DNA of 64,000 nt, taken from Bacillota bacterium. Its GTDB lineage: Bacteria > Bacillota > Dehalobacteriia > Dehalobacteriales > Dehalobacteriaceae. The stretch lies in assembly GCA_050952445.1 (NCBI GenBank), contig JBMNKX010000006.1, positions 90,333 through 154,332 of the forward strand, read 5' to 3'. The notes below the pieces were generated by a model. It made no database searches. It saw only the letters and a program-made list of their open reading frames with translations, and was not told where the DNA came from. Each line of letters starts with the position of its first letter. Positions within the stretch are counted from its first letter, which is position 1. Both the position numbers and the translations under genes were made by a program. Below, in pieces: positions 46,284 to 55,948 of the stretch.

Positions 46284-47498
46284 ATGACGGTTTTTGTTTA
46301 TAAGGTGCGGGATATGGTAGGGAAAAGTCTATCGGGTACTATAGAAGCGGAAAATGAAAGGGCAGTGATAGAGCATCTCAGGAGCAAGGATTATTTAATA
46401 ATAGATATTTCCCAACAAAGATTTAGAAATATTAAAACAAAGATGCCGAAACTGTATCCGAAAGTAAAACCGAAGGATTTAGCAATTTTTTGTCGACAAC
46501 TGTCCACACTACTGGATGCCGGAGTTTCTATTCTTTCCTCTGTGAAGGTTTTACAGGAACAGTCTAACAATAGGCTGCTAAAAGAAACTTTAATTCAAGT
46601 AATAACAAATCTGGAAGAGGGAAGTTCTTTTGCCGATTCTATCCGGCCATTTCCCAAAGTTTTTCCCGGGATTGTAATTAGTATGGTAGAGACAGGTGAG
46701 GTAGGAGGAACTTTGGATGAAGTTATGGTACGACTCGCAGCACATTTTGAAAGGGAACATGATATCAATGAAAAGATAAAATCCTCCATGACTTATCCAA
46801 TAGCAATTATAGTTACTGCCACTTTAGCGATTACATTTCTTTTAGTCTTTATGATGCCTAAGATTATCGGGATGGTAACTCAAACGGGGGTAGAGTTGCC
46901 TCTGCCAACTAAAATTGTTTTGGGAATCAGTATTGTTATTAGAAAATTCTGGTGGATAATTCTGGTATTATTTATAGGAACCTTTTTTGTTTTGAAAAAA
47001 ACCGTTGGTACGAAAAATGGTAAAGGAATTAATGATTTCCTGATTTTGAGAATACCTATTTGGGGAAAATTGATGCAGGAAATGATTATTTGCCGATTTA
47101 CCCGTTCCTTAGGTACCATGCTGAGGTCAGGAGTACCTATTATTGAAGCCCTGGATACGGTACAGCGGACAGTGGGAAATCAAGTTATCAGCAAAGGTGT
47201 GGAAAATGCCCGGGCTAATATTATCCAGGGTAAAGGCATTGCTGAACCAATGCGAGAATCCGGCATCTTTCCTCCTATGGCCTTAGAGATGATGGCAGTA
47301 GGGGAAAAAACCGGGGCATTGGATGCGTTGCTGGAAAAGATCGCAGTCTTCTACGACCAGGAAGTGGATCACATGCTCTCTCGCTTATCCACTATGGTGG
47401 AATCTATCATGATTATTGGACTGGGTGTGGTTCTTGGGTTTATCATTATTGCGATGATGTTGCCTATTTTTCAGGTAGTGACCAAAATTCCTAATTAG
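46284..47498 (+). CDS. pilC: Type IV pilus platform protein PilC (GspF family)
   Basis: Two GspF repeats and three TM segments. 404 aa. Confidence 0.9.
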   Translation: MTVFVYKVRDMVGKSLSGTIEAENERAVIEHLRSKDYLIIDISQQRFRNIKTKMPKLYPKVKPKDLAIFCRQLSTLLDAGVSILSSVKVLQEQSNNRLLKETLIQVITNLEEGSSFADSIRPFPKVFPGIVISMVETGEVGGTLDEVMVRLAAHFEREHDINEKIKSSMTYPIAIIVTATLAITFLLVFMMPKIIGMVTQTGVELPLPTKIVLGISIVIRKFWWIILVLFIGTFFVLKKTVGTKNGKGINDFLILRIPIWGKLMQEMIICRFTRSLGTMLRSGVPIIEALDTVQRTVGNQVISKGVENARANIIQGKGIAEPMRESGIFPPMALEMMAVGEKTGALDALLEKIAVFYDQEVDHMLSRLSTMVESIMIIGLGVVLGFIIIAMMLPIFQVVTKIPN

Positions 47499-47545
47499 GC
47501 TAACAAAACATTTTGAATTTATTAAAATGAAAGGAGGTGAAAAGG

Positions 47546-47926
47546 ATGTTGCAAAAAATGAAGAAAATGGTTATTAATGACAAGGCTTTTACCCTCATTG
47601 AATTAATGATAGTGGTAATTATTCTTGCTATTCTGGCTGCTATTGCTATCCCCCAATTTACTCAAAATAAAGAGGAAGCACTCGATGCCCGTATTAAAGC
47701 TGACATAAAAATAATACAAAATGCTGTTGATTTGTATAAGTTTGAAAAGAATGAGTATCCGTCTTCCATTAGTGACCTAGTGAATGATGGATATTTACGT
47801 ACTGAGCCTAAGCACCCTGACGATCAAAACTATGAATATACTCTTGAAAAAGACGCAGATAATAATATAACAGGAAAAGTTACTATTACGCCAAAGTCAC
47901 CGCAAAATTTAAATGATGAGGATTAA
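47546..47926 (+). CDS. pilA: Type IV major pilin (prepilin)
   Basis: Leader MLQKMKKMVINDKA followed by FTLIELMIVVIILAILAAIAIPQF, a class III signal with Glu+5. ATG 47546 lies 8 nt after AGGAGG. Confidence 0.85.
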   Translation: MLQKMKKMVINDKAFTLIELMIVVIILAILAAIAIPQFTQNKEEALDARIKADIKIIQNAVDLYKFEKNEYPSSISDLVNDGYLRTEPKHPDDQNYEYTLEKDADNNITGKVTITPKSPQNLNDED

Positions 47927-47937
47927 TTTGTTTTTCC

Positions 47938-47972
47938 GACAGGGCTTCGGCCCTGTCTCACCCCATTTTTTT
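47938..47972 (+). terminator. Hairpin or partial terminator after the pilin gene
   Basis: GACAGGGC-TTCG-GCCCTGTC stem-loop with a T7 tract 8 nt downstream. Confidence 0.55.
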
Positions 47973-47982
47973 GAGGTGCATA

Positions 47983-48732
47983 ATGGATTTCTTATTTATT
48001 TTTTTACTAGGCCTGGTAATTGGTAGTTTTCTGAATGTGTGTATTTCCCGGATTCCTCAAGGTGAGTCCATCTCTTTTCCTCCCAGCAGATGTGATTACT
48101 GCTACACAAATCTAAAGCCGTGGGATTTGATTCCTATCGCCAGTTTTCTCTTATTAGGAAGAAAATGCCGCCATTGTGGAGCAGAATTATCCTGGCGCTA
48201 TCCGGGAATTGAATTCCTTACCGGGATAATTTTCCTCTTTTTCTATCTTCAGTTTGGTTTGAATATAAAATTATCAGCATATTTGTTTTTAGCCTCTCTT
48301 TTAGTGGTAATCTCCTTTATTGACATTGACCATTACCGGATTCCTAACTCTTTAATTCTGATGGGAATTGGGGCAGGAGTTGGGTTTATTATATTTACTC
48401 ATTTTATCCACCCCCGAGATGCCCTCCTGGGATTCTTTACCGGAGGGGGAATTCTCTTTTTCATTTCCCTGGTAAGCCGGGGAGGTATGGGAGGGGGAGA
48501 TATTAAGCTTGGTGCTTTAATCGGTCTCTTTCTCGGCTGGAAGCTATCCCTTATCTCACTTTTTTTAGCGGCATTATTTGCCTCCTTAATAGGGATCTTG
48601 TTAATTGTTCTAGGTAAAAAATCCCTTAAGGATGCTCTTCCTTTTGGGCCCTTTTTAGCTTTGGGAGCAATTTTATCTCTCTTTTGGGGAAATGATCTCC
48701 TTTCTTGGTATATACGTCATTTTGTTGCTTAA
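47983..48732 (+). CDS. pilD: Prepilin peptidase PilD (A24 family)
   Basis: N-terminal CxxC...CxxC zinc region, polytopic membrane topology, and catalytic Asp motifs (IDIDH, GGGDIKL). Confidence 0.9.
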   Translation: MDFLFIFLLGLVIGSFLNVCISRIPQGESISFPPSRCDYCYTNLKPWDLIPIASFLLLGRKCRHCGAELSWRYPGIEFLTGIIFLFFYLQFGLNIKLSAYLFLASLLVVISFIDIDHYRIPNSLILMGIGAGVGFIIFTHFIHPRDALLGFFTGGGILFFISLVSRGGMGGGDIKLGALIGLFLGWKLSLISLFLAALFASLIGILLIVLGKKSLKDALPFGPFLALGAILSLFWGNDLLSWYIRHFVA

Positions 48733-48847
48733 TAGCGGTAACTAGAAGAAATTTGAAATTGAAAGGCGAGAGGGCAGGGAAAAAGAGACAGGTTGTCGAA
48801 CCTTGTTTTTAGGTGACTATTAATGGGTATTATTTGAGGGTTCTTAT

Positions 48848-49300
48848 ATGAAATATTGTAATAATAAGGGTTTTTCTTTTATAGAACTGGCAATTGTCAT
48901 TGTCCTGATGGGGATTATTCTTGGTATTGCCTATCCAAAATTTGAACGCTCAATGGCTAATTGGGAATTAAATGTAACTGCCCGAAAAATGGCTACGGAT
49001 ATCCGAAGATGGCAGCAGAAGGCGGTAACAGAAGAAAAATCCGGGTTAAAACTAACTATCAACCAGGAGCAAAAAATATATTATCTCAAAGAAGATATTT
49101 ACATTAAAGAAACCCATGATTTAAGTGATGTGGTGAAAAGCATCAGTGTCGCGCCTGTTACCTTTAATAATATAAACTTTACACCTACAGGAAAAACCAG
49201 TGCGGCGGGAACAATAACCCTGGAAAATTGGGACGGAGGTTTTAAATATATTATTGTTAACACTACCGGGCGGGTGCGGGTATCGTCAACCCGACCTTAG
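48848..49300 (+). CDS. Minor pilin / pseudopilin (GspH/FimT-like)
   Basis: Prepilin signal NNKG|FSFIELAIVIVLMGII. Confidence 0.75.
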   Translation: MKYCNNKGFSFIELAIVIVLMGIILGIAYPKFERSMANWELNVTARKMATDIRRWQQKAVTEEKSGLKLTINQEQKIYYLKEDIYIKETHDLSDVVKSISVAPVTFNNINFTPTGKTSAAGTITLENWDGGFKYIIVNTTGRVRVSSTRP

Positions 49301-49317
49301 ATGTTGGATTTTGAGGT

Positions 49318-49707
49318 ATGAATATGAAAAAAGTGTGGGGAAATAACAGAGGATTTACCTTAATCGAAATTGTTGTCTCTATGCTTATTATTACGATTGC
49401 TTTGGTTCCCATGATGGATATGTTCTACAGCAGCCGGGATAACTATGGACGTGCTACAGAGACTACAATTGCCCTTAATCTGGCTCAGGGAAAAATGGAG
49501 GAGCTATTAGGCCAAAATCCTGTACACATTTCTGCTAATTCGACTTCATGGCTGGATTTTCCGTATTCTGGTGATTATACCTACCAGGTAAATGTTTCTG
49601 AGGCTGACCTAACTTTAAAACTATATCAAATTGATGTTCGGGTAAGATATCAAGTTGCCGGAAAAGAACAGCAGATTTCATTAAGTGCATATGCTACCGG
49701 TGAGTAG
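49318..49707 (+). CDS. Minor pilin (PilV-like)
   Basis: Prepilin signal NNRG|FTLIEIVVSMLII. Confidence 0.75.
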   Translation: MNMKKVWGNNRGFTLIEIVVSMLIITIALVPMMDMFYSSRDNYGRATETTIALNLAQGKMEELLGQNPVHISANSTSWLDFPYSGDYTYQVNVSEADLTLKLYQIDVRVRYQVAGKEQQISLSAYATGE

Positions 49708-49717
49708 GCGGTTAATT

Positions 49718-50218
49718 ATGATAGGACATGAAAAAGGCTTTACTTTAATAGAAACAGTGATTGCTATAACATTATTTATCATAATTCTTGGTGGTGTTTC
49801 TGCAATTCTCTTTTCCGGTCTGGATTCTTGGACTCGCGGGGAAGAACAGATCGATGTTGTACAGAATATGCGGATTGGGTTGGATAAAATGGTTAGAGAA
49901 ATCAGGGAGGCAGTAGATATTACTTCGTCAGGGGATACATATATTCAGTTTACAATACCCATTATAGATGATAATTCTTTAGATTTTACCGGCTCGGTGA
50001 AAAGCATAGGTTATCAATACGATAGTGCCGAACAGGAATTAGAAAGAAAAGTAGGGAGGAGTACTCCTCAACCTGTGGCCAGCCGAATAAAAAATGTCAC
50101 CTTTTCTTATTCGGGAACACCAACTAAAATAGTAAATATTACTATGGTGGGAGTCAGAAAAGATGGTCAAGAAATTACCATGGAATCCAAAGTGTTGTTA
50201 AGGTCTGTGAGCAGGTAA
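49718..50218 (+). CDS. Minor pilin (PilW-like)
   Basis: Prepilin signal MIGHEKG|FTLIETVIAITLF. Start moved to ATG 49718. Confidence 0.7.
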   Translation: MIGHEKGFTLIETVIAITLFIIILGGVSAILFSGLDSWTRGEEQIDVVQNMRIGLDKMVREIREAVDITSSGDTYIQFTIPIIDDNSLDFTGSVKSIGYQYDSAEQELERKVGRSTPQPVASRIKNVTFSYSGTPTKIVNITMVGVRKDGQEITMESKVLLRSVSR

Positions 50219-50230
50219 GGCGGGAATTGA

Positions 50231-51376
50231 ATGAAGAAAAACAAAGGTTCTGTAATTGTCCTGGTAGTCTTTACCATGATTATTATTTTCTTATTGGGAA
50301 CTGCTTTGATTGATGTTTCCCACATTGACTTTACTATGAGTAATAACCAGGTTAATGAAGTCAAGGCATATTATATTGTTGAGGCAGGGATAAATAAGGC
50401 TCTGGCAAAGCTCCGTTCTGATGCATCATTATTAAATAGCCTTTTAAATTTAATTGAAGGACAATCCCTTAATGTCATTGATAAAGAGTCTTTTGGCGGA
50501 GGGAACTATTTTGGTACCGGAACCTCTGAAGCCATTGCCTTGACGTTGAAGGAAAAAAAGATATCCGACAAATATATTATGGTGACATTAACAGCTAAGG
50601 GTACTTATCATAATGCAAAAAAAACGATTAAAGTGCAGGTGAAAGCAGACCTGGCTGATTCCTCACAAATACCGTCAACTGCTGCTATTTTCTCTAATGG
50701 GAGTACTACAGTAAATAATAATGTTACCATCAATGGTGATATTTTTAGCCGATCCCAAATTAATGTCTTAAATAATGCTGTTGTTAATGGCAGTATAACT
50801 AGTGGTGCAGGGATCATAGTAAATAAGGCCACGGTTACCGGTACAAAAACTCCGCATAGTCCCGATTCCATTCCCCCGTATCCTGAATTTTCACTTGATC
50901 AATATAAAGAAGGAGCTACGGTGCTTAGCACTTCTTCTTTGAATATTGGTACTTTGACCACCGGAAAATATTATATTTCTGATAGTGTATCCAGTGTAAC
51001 CATTAGTGGCACTTATAGGGGCAAAATTACTTTGATTTCCAAAGGTCAGATTAATATCAACGGAAATGTTCAGGCTGAAAACAGTGATTATGAGAACAAT
51101 GCTCTAACCCTAATTACTTATAATAATATTTTTGTGAGTAATAACTATTTAGCAGAAGGGGTGCTTTATGCAGCCACATACCAAGGTACATCCGGCAGCA
51201 TTACTATTGGAAACAATGCTCATGTGAAGGGAGCTATCCTGGCCGAAAACATTACCTTTGGTAATAATGCTATACTTGATTATAGTCAAGAATTAATTAA
51301 AAATTTTACCGGTTATGCCGGCGGAGTAGCAGACTATAAAAGAGTTAGTTCTCTGGATGTTATTTATTGGAAATAG
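50231..51376 (+). CDS. PilX-like large minor pilin with a repeat-rich C-terminal domain
   Basis: PilX_N-type hydrophobic N-terminus (GSVIVLVVFTMIIIFLLGTAL) without a G|F cleavage motif. The C-terminus has N/G/T-rich repeats (NNNVTINGDIFS..NNAVVNGSITSG..). Confidence 0.65.
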   Translation: MKKNKGSVIVLVVFTMIIIFLLGTALIDVSHIDFTMSNNQVNEVKAYYIVEAGINKALAKLRSDASLLNSLLNLIEGQSLNVIDKESFGGGNYFGTGTSEAIALTLKEKKISDKYIMVTLTAKGTYHNAKKTIKVQVKADLADSSQIPSTAAIFSNGSTTVNNNVTINGDIFSRSQINVLNNAVVNGSITSGAGIIVNKATVTGTKTPHSPDSIPPYPEFSLDQYKEGATVLSTSSLNIGTLTTGKYYISDSVSSVTISGTYRGKITLISKGQININGNVQAENSDYENNALTLITYNNIFVSNNYLAEGVLYAATYQGTSGSITIGNNAHVKGAILAENITFGNNAILDYSQELIKNFTGYAGGVADYKRVSSLDVIYWK

Positions 51377-51414
51377 GATAACGGTTAAGATGTTGGTGAA
51401 AGGATCGAAGACTA

Positions 51415-52545
51415 TTGCTGAAAAAATCTTTAGTTAGGCTGCGCCAGAAATTTTATCATAAAAAGGAATCATTTATAGGTATTGATATTGGTACCAGGAA
51501 CATTAAGATAGTAGAAATGGCACCGGGTAATCCTCCCCAAATAGCTAATTTGGTCAGTATACCTACTCCGTCCGGTGCTCTTGATGACGGGACTATTGTG
51601 CAGATTGATCCCGTTGCGGCAGCAATAAAAACCGCACTGGATCAGTCAGGAATAAAGATACAGAAGGCTGTAACCATGATTTCAGGGAAAAATGTGGTGA
51701 TACGCTATATTAAGCTTCCAAAAATGAATGACAAAGAGGTGGCATCAACCCTGAAGTGGGAAGCTGATAAATATATCCCTATTTCTTCAGGGACAGACTT
51801 GATTTCAGAACACCTGGTGCTGGGTGATGCAGATGCAGATAAACCCCAAACAAGTGTTTTACTTGTTGGAGTGCCTCGACGCTTAATTTACCAGTTAAAT
51901 GAAGCATTTAAACTGGCCGGGTTAGATTTGCTAGCCGTGGAAATAGAGCCCTTGTCCCTTTGGCGGAGTATCGGCTCAAATCTATCTCAAAGAAGCAATC
52001 CTTTTATTAATATGAATGAACCATTTATCGGATTGGATATTGGGGCTAAAGCATCAAATTTGACAGTTTTTCAGGGTGAAGAATTAAAGTTTTCCCGCTA
52101 TATTCTTCAAGGAGGAGATGCTTTAACCCGATCCGTAGCTCAAGCTACCGGGTTGGAATTTAATGCTGCCCAAGTGATCAAAGAAAGGGATGGCGAACTG
52201 TTCACGGAACCTTCAACTTACTTTTCAAAGGAAAAGCTATTATTGGACCAGGTACTAAAAGAGAGTGTTTCTATTTTAATAAATGAAGTGAGACGTTCTA
52301 TTGATTATTACAAATCCCAATTCAAGATAGGTGATCCTCAAGCACTGATCCTTTCTGGAGGGACAGCCAAACTAAAAGGTTTAGTTAGTATGTTACAGTC
52401 AGAGTTAGCAATACCGGTTATGTTGGGACTTCAATATATAGGAATTAAAGAAAAGCAGGCGGATTTTGAATACAACGAGGTAAGAAATGTAGACCCGGCT
52501 TTTGCCGTAGCTGTTGGTTTAGCTATGAGAGAGGTAACAAAATGA
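51415..52545 (+). CDS. pilM: Type IV pilus assembly protein PilM (actin-like ATPase fold)
   Basis: IGIDIGTRNIKIVE and LDIGAKASNLTVF phosphate motifs. Conserved position before pilN. Confidence 0.85.
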   Translation: MLKKSLVRLRQKFYHKKESFIGIDIGTRNIKIVEMAPGNPPQIANLVSIPTPSGALDDGTIVQIDPVAAAIKTALDQSGIKIQKAVTMISGKNVVIRYIKLPKMNDKEVASTLKWEADKYIPISSGTDLISEHLVLGDADADKPQTSVLLVGVPRRLIYQLNEAFKLAGLDLLAVEIEPLSLWRSIGSNLSQRSNPFINMNEPFIGLDIGAKASNLTVFQGEELKFSRYILQGGDALTRSVAQATGLEFNAAQVIKERDGELFTEPSTYFSKEKLLLDQVLKESVSILINEVRRSIDYYKSQFKIGDPQALILSGGTAKLKGLVSMLQSELAIPVMLGLQYIGIKEKQADFEYNEVRNVDPAFAVAVGLAMREVTK

Positions 52546-53090
52546 AAAAAACTATTAATTTGCTGCCCCCAGAATTACGCAGGCGTGTAAACGTTGACGT
52601 TAATAAATTCTTAAAGCCTACAGCTATTATTGCCCTGGTAGTTATGGTAACTATAAGTTGCCTATTGTTTGTCTGGACGTTTTTATTGGATTGGTGGTTA
52701 AAAAGTACTTCCAATAATTTGGAGAGAATCAAACCCCAGATAGAACAGATACAAGATTATCAGGATGAAAATAAGCGGCTTCAAATAGAAATTAGCGAAT
52801 TGGAAAAAGTTCAAAATAGTAAAGTTAAATGGGCAGGGATACTTTTAGATATTACCGAATATGTACCCCAAAATATGTGGATTGCTAATTTTTCATATGA
52901 TCAAAACGGAAAAATTCAGATAAAAGGTATAGCAGCAAATTTGGCAACTGTTGGGGTGTTTCTAAACCAAATAGAACAACTGTCATACTTAAGTAATTTA
53001 TCCTTGGAAAAATTTTCTGAAGTGAAGTTGGGTAGTGTATCTCAAGTCGAATTCACCTTGTCAGGAATTCTGGCTAAGAGGAGTGAGTAG
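52542..53090 (+). CDS. pilN: Type IV pilus assembly protein PilN
   Basis: N-terminal INLLPPE motif, one TM helix and a coiled coil. ATGA overlap with pilM. Confidence 0.8.
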   Translation: MKKTINLLPPELRRRVNVDVNKFLKPTAIIALVVMVTISCLLFVWTFLLDWWLKSTSNNLERIKPQIEQIQDYQDENKRLQIEISELEKVQNSKVKWAGILLDITEYVPQNMWIANFSYDQNGKIQIKGIAANLATVGVFLNQIEQLSYLSNLSLEKFSEVKLGSVSQVEFTLSGILAKRSE

Positions 53091-53091
53091 A

Positions 53092-54030
53092 GTGCTGGAG
53101 AAACTTTTTGCACGGATAAAGAATTATTGGCTTATTCTACTAGTTATTATGCTTTCTATAGCCGTTTGTTTTACTATTATTAAATATCAAATACCAAAAT
53201 TTGTTGATATACGTAAGGAGTTTGAGTCAGCACAAAAGAAACTACAATTAGTTAAGTTTACTAATAATGACATTGCAGATTTGAAAGCTCAAAATAAGGA
53301 TTTAAAAAAACGCTTGGATATAGTTAAGCTTCCTTATAAAAATGAAATGAGAAATGGAATTAATTATTATTTTATAGGTCAACATGCTGTAGATAATTTT
53401 GTTTTTATAACTGAAGTTCTCCCTCATCCACTACAAGATAAAAATACATATTTTGAGATACCATTGGATATTAAAGCCCGGGGAAAATTTGCAAATATTG
53501 TTAAGTTTATTATGGCAGTGGAACAGGATATGCCTAATACCTGTGAATTACGTACTTTGGTAATTAAGCCTGAAGATACTCATAGTACAGAAAAACAACA
53601 AACATCAGATCAGGAGAAATCTAATTCCTTAAATACAGATCTAATTATTGCTAGAGATCAAAAGCCTAATGTTGAGGCCACTTTTTGTTTAGTTACCTAT
53701 ATGATAAAATCACCTGAAATTATTACCATAGCACAATTGCCTCCTATGGGACGTTTTGATATTTTTGCTCCAACTATAGATGTGTCAAAAATCTTCTTAG
53801 AGCAAACTTTACCAAAACAAACATTGCCGGATTCAGGTAAAACCGACGGAACACAACAAAATTCTCCGGTTATTAATTCATCTGATCCTGTTAATACACA
53901 TAATAAAACGAATACACATCCTTCTGACAACACTACTAATGTTACCGTTCCCGCGAACGAAAAAGATACAAAAGAAACAAATGAAATGCCAAATATAATT
54001 GATAAATCAGAAACCTATTCTACAAAATAA
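53092..54030 (+). CDS. PilO-like pilus assembly protein with a T/N/P-rich C-terminal extension
   Basis: TM helix plus coiled coil (DIADLKAQNKDLKKRL) and a PilO-like core. GTG 53092 lies 7 nt after AAGAGGAG. The tail is low-complexity. Confidence 0.6.
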   Translation: MLEKLFARIKNYWLILLVIMLSIAVCFTIIKYQIPKFVDIRKEFESAQKKLQLVKFTNNDIADLKAQNKDLKKRLDIVKLPYKNEMRNGINYYFIGQHAVDNFVFITEVLPHPLQDKNTYFEIPLDIKARGKFANIVKFIMAVEQDMPNTCELRTLVIKPEDTHSTEKQQTSDQEKSNSLNTDLIIARDQKPNVEATFCLVTYMIKSPEIITIAQLPPMGRFDIFAPTIDVSKIFLEQTLPKQTLPDSGKTDGTQQNSPVINSSDPVNTHNKTNTHPSDNTTNVTVPANEKDTKETNEMPNIIDKSETYSTK

Positions 54031-54081
54031 TTTGCAAAAGAAAATAAGACAACAAATCCTTGTGTAGGCATTTTTGTTTAA

Positions 54082-54146
54082 TTGACAAACCATAAATTTC
54101 TGGTCATAATAAAGAAACACGTAAACCTACGTGTTTCTTTATTATG
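54082..54146 (+). promoter_or_regulatory. Consensus-like promoter overlapped by a perfect 19-bp inverted repeat (operator and/or pil-operon terminator)
   Basis: TTGACA (54082-87), 17 nt, CATAAT (54105-10). The IR CATAATAAAGAAACACGTA (54105-23), loop AACC, TACGTGTTTCTTTATTATG (54128-46) matches at 19/19. Confidence 0.55.
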
Positions 54147-54244
54147 GAATATTTTAATATACAGTGAAAATATTTTAGTATTTAAATCTAACTGATATTA
54201 AGTGAGATTTGGTTTAAAAACATCTTTTTAGAGGAGGTAATCAT

Positions 54245-55408
54245 ATGCGCTATTTAACTGCGGGGGAATCTCACGGACAGGCTTTGGTAACAATTATTGA
54301 AGGGATTCCCGCAAACCTGCCCATAACTGCTGATGATATTAACCGGGACCTAACAAGGAGGCAGAAAGGATATGGTAGAGGAGGGCGTATGGCAATTGAA
54401 ACGGATAGAGTGGAAATTTTATCTGGCATCCGGAATGGAGTAACTTTGGGCAGCCCGATTACCTTACTGATAAAAAATAAAGATTGGACAAACTGGGAAG
54501 AAATAATGTCTCCCTTACCGGGAGCAGAAATAGAGCAAAAGAAAATATCCCGGCCCCGGCCTGGTCATGCGGATTTGTCTGGTTGCATAAAATATGAACA
54601 GCAAGATATGAGAAATATTCTGGAAAGGTCCAGCGCTAGGGAAACTGCTGCCCGTGTTGCGGCCGGAGCAGTGGCAAAACGTTTACTGCAGGAAGTTAAT
54701 ATACGCGTTGCCGGACATGTAGTTGGTATTGGCGATATTTTATACCGGCAAAATCAACCCCAATTGACTTTAGAAGAAATTCTTGCTGCAGTAAAGGACT
54801 CCCCTGTTCGGTGTATTGATCAGGAAATTTCTCAAAATATGATATCAGCAATTGAAAGGGCAAAGGATCAAGGTGATAGTTTAGGGGGAATTTTTGAAAT
54901 TATTGTTGACGGAGTATGTCCGGGATTAGGCAGTCATGTGCAATGGGATCGTAAACTTGATGGACGTTTGGCGGGAGCATTAATGAGTATTCAAGGAATT
55001 AAGGGGGTAGAAATCGGATTAGGTTTTCTTTCCGCCCGTCTTCCCGGGTCGAAGGTTCATGATGAAATATTTTTTAAGTCGAATATTGGATTATATAGAG
55101 AAACCAATAGAGCCGGTGGTATTGAAGGTGGTATGACAAATGGGGAACCAATTATAATTCGTGCTGCCATGAAGCCAATTCCTACTTTAATGAAGCCATT
55201 GTCTACTGTTAACTTAGAAAGTAAAGAGTCCTGTCTTGCTCAAGTGGAACGTTCGGATGTCTGTGCCGTTCCTGCAGCTTGTGTGGTTGGTGAAGCAGTA
55301 ACAGCTTGGGAAATTGCCCAAGCAATGGAGGAAAAATTCGGAGGGGATACTATAAGAGAATTTCAAGAAAGGGTAGGAAAATATAAAAAATACGTAAAGC
55401 AGGTGTGA
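54245..55408 (+). CDS. aroC: Chorismate synthase
   Basis: [21 protein letters not shown] and [13 protein letters not shown] signatures. Confidence 0.95.
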   Translation: MRYLTAGESHGQALVTIIEGIPANLPITADDINRDLTRRQKGYGRGGRMAIETDRVEILSGIRNGVTLGSPITLLIKNKDWTNWEEIMSPLPGAEIEQKKISRPRPGHADLSGCIKYEQQDMRNILERSSARETAARVAAGAVAKRLLQEVNIRVAGHVVGIGDILYRQNQPQLTLEEILAAVKDSPVRCIDQEISQNMISAIERAKDQGDSLGGIFEIIVDGVCPGLGSHVQWDRKLDGRLAGALMSIQGIKGVEIGLGFLSARLPGSKVHDEIFFKSNIGLYRETNRAGGIEGGMTNGEPIIIRAAMKPIPTLMKPLSTVNLESKESCLAQVERSDVCAVPAACVVGEAVTAWEIAQAMEEKFGGDTIREFQERVGKYKKYVKQV

Positions 55409-55414
55409 TATGCG

Positions 55415-55948
55415 ATGCGAAACGTGATCTTAATTGGATTTATGGGAACAGGAAAAACTGCTATAGGAAGAATTGTTGCCCGATTATTAGGCTATCAGTT
55501 TGTTGATACCGATCAGATGGTTGAAGAAGCAACAGGAATGACAATAAATCAAATATTTCGTAAACATGGGGAAGTTCGTTTTAGATCCGAGGAAGCTTTA
55601 GCGGTTCAAAGGTTAAAGGGCAGTAAAAAAACGGTTATTGCCACCGGTGGAGGCATTGTTTTAGACTCTAAAAATGTGGGTATTTTAAAGGAAAACGGCA
55701 TATTTGTCCTTCTTACAGCACAGCCGGAAGTAATATTGGAAAGAGTATCCCGGAGGAATACTCGGCCTCTCCTTGCCAAAGGTAAGACTTTAGAAAATAT
55801 TAATAAACTTCTGAATGACAGACGTGACGAATACTATAGCTGTGCGGATGTAGTGGTTGATACATCTTATTGTAGTATGGAAGAGTCAGCAGAGAAAATT
55901 GTAAAAATAATAAGGGAAAAAGAAGCTTATGAAAAAAAATATAGTTAG
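55415..55948 (+). CDS. aroK: Shikimate kinase
   Basis: P-loop GFMGTGKT, DTD motif and ATGGG. Confidence 0.92.
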   Translation: MRNVILIGFMGTGKTAIGRIVARLLGYQFVDTDQMVEEATGMTINQIFRKHGEVRFRSEEALAVQRLKGSKKTVIATGGGIVLDSKNVGILKENGIFVLLTAQPEVILERVSRRNTRPLLAKGKTLENINKLLNDRRDEYYSCADVVVDTSYCSMEESAEKIVKIIREKEAYEKKYS

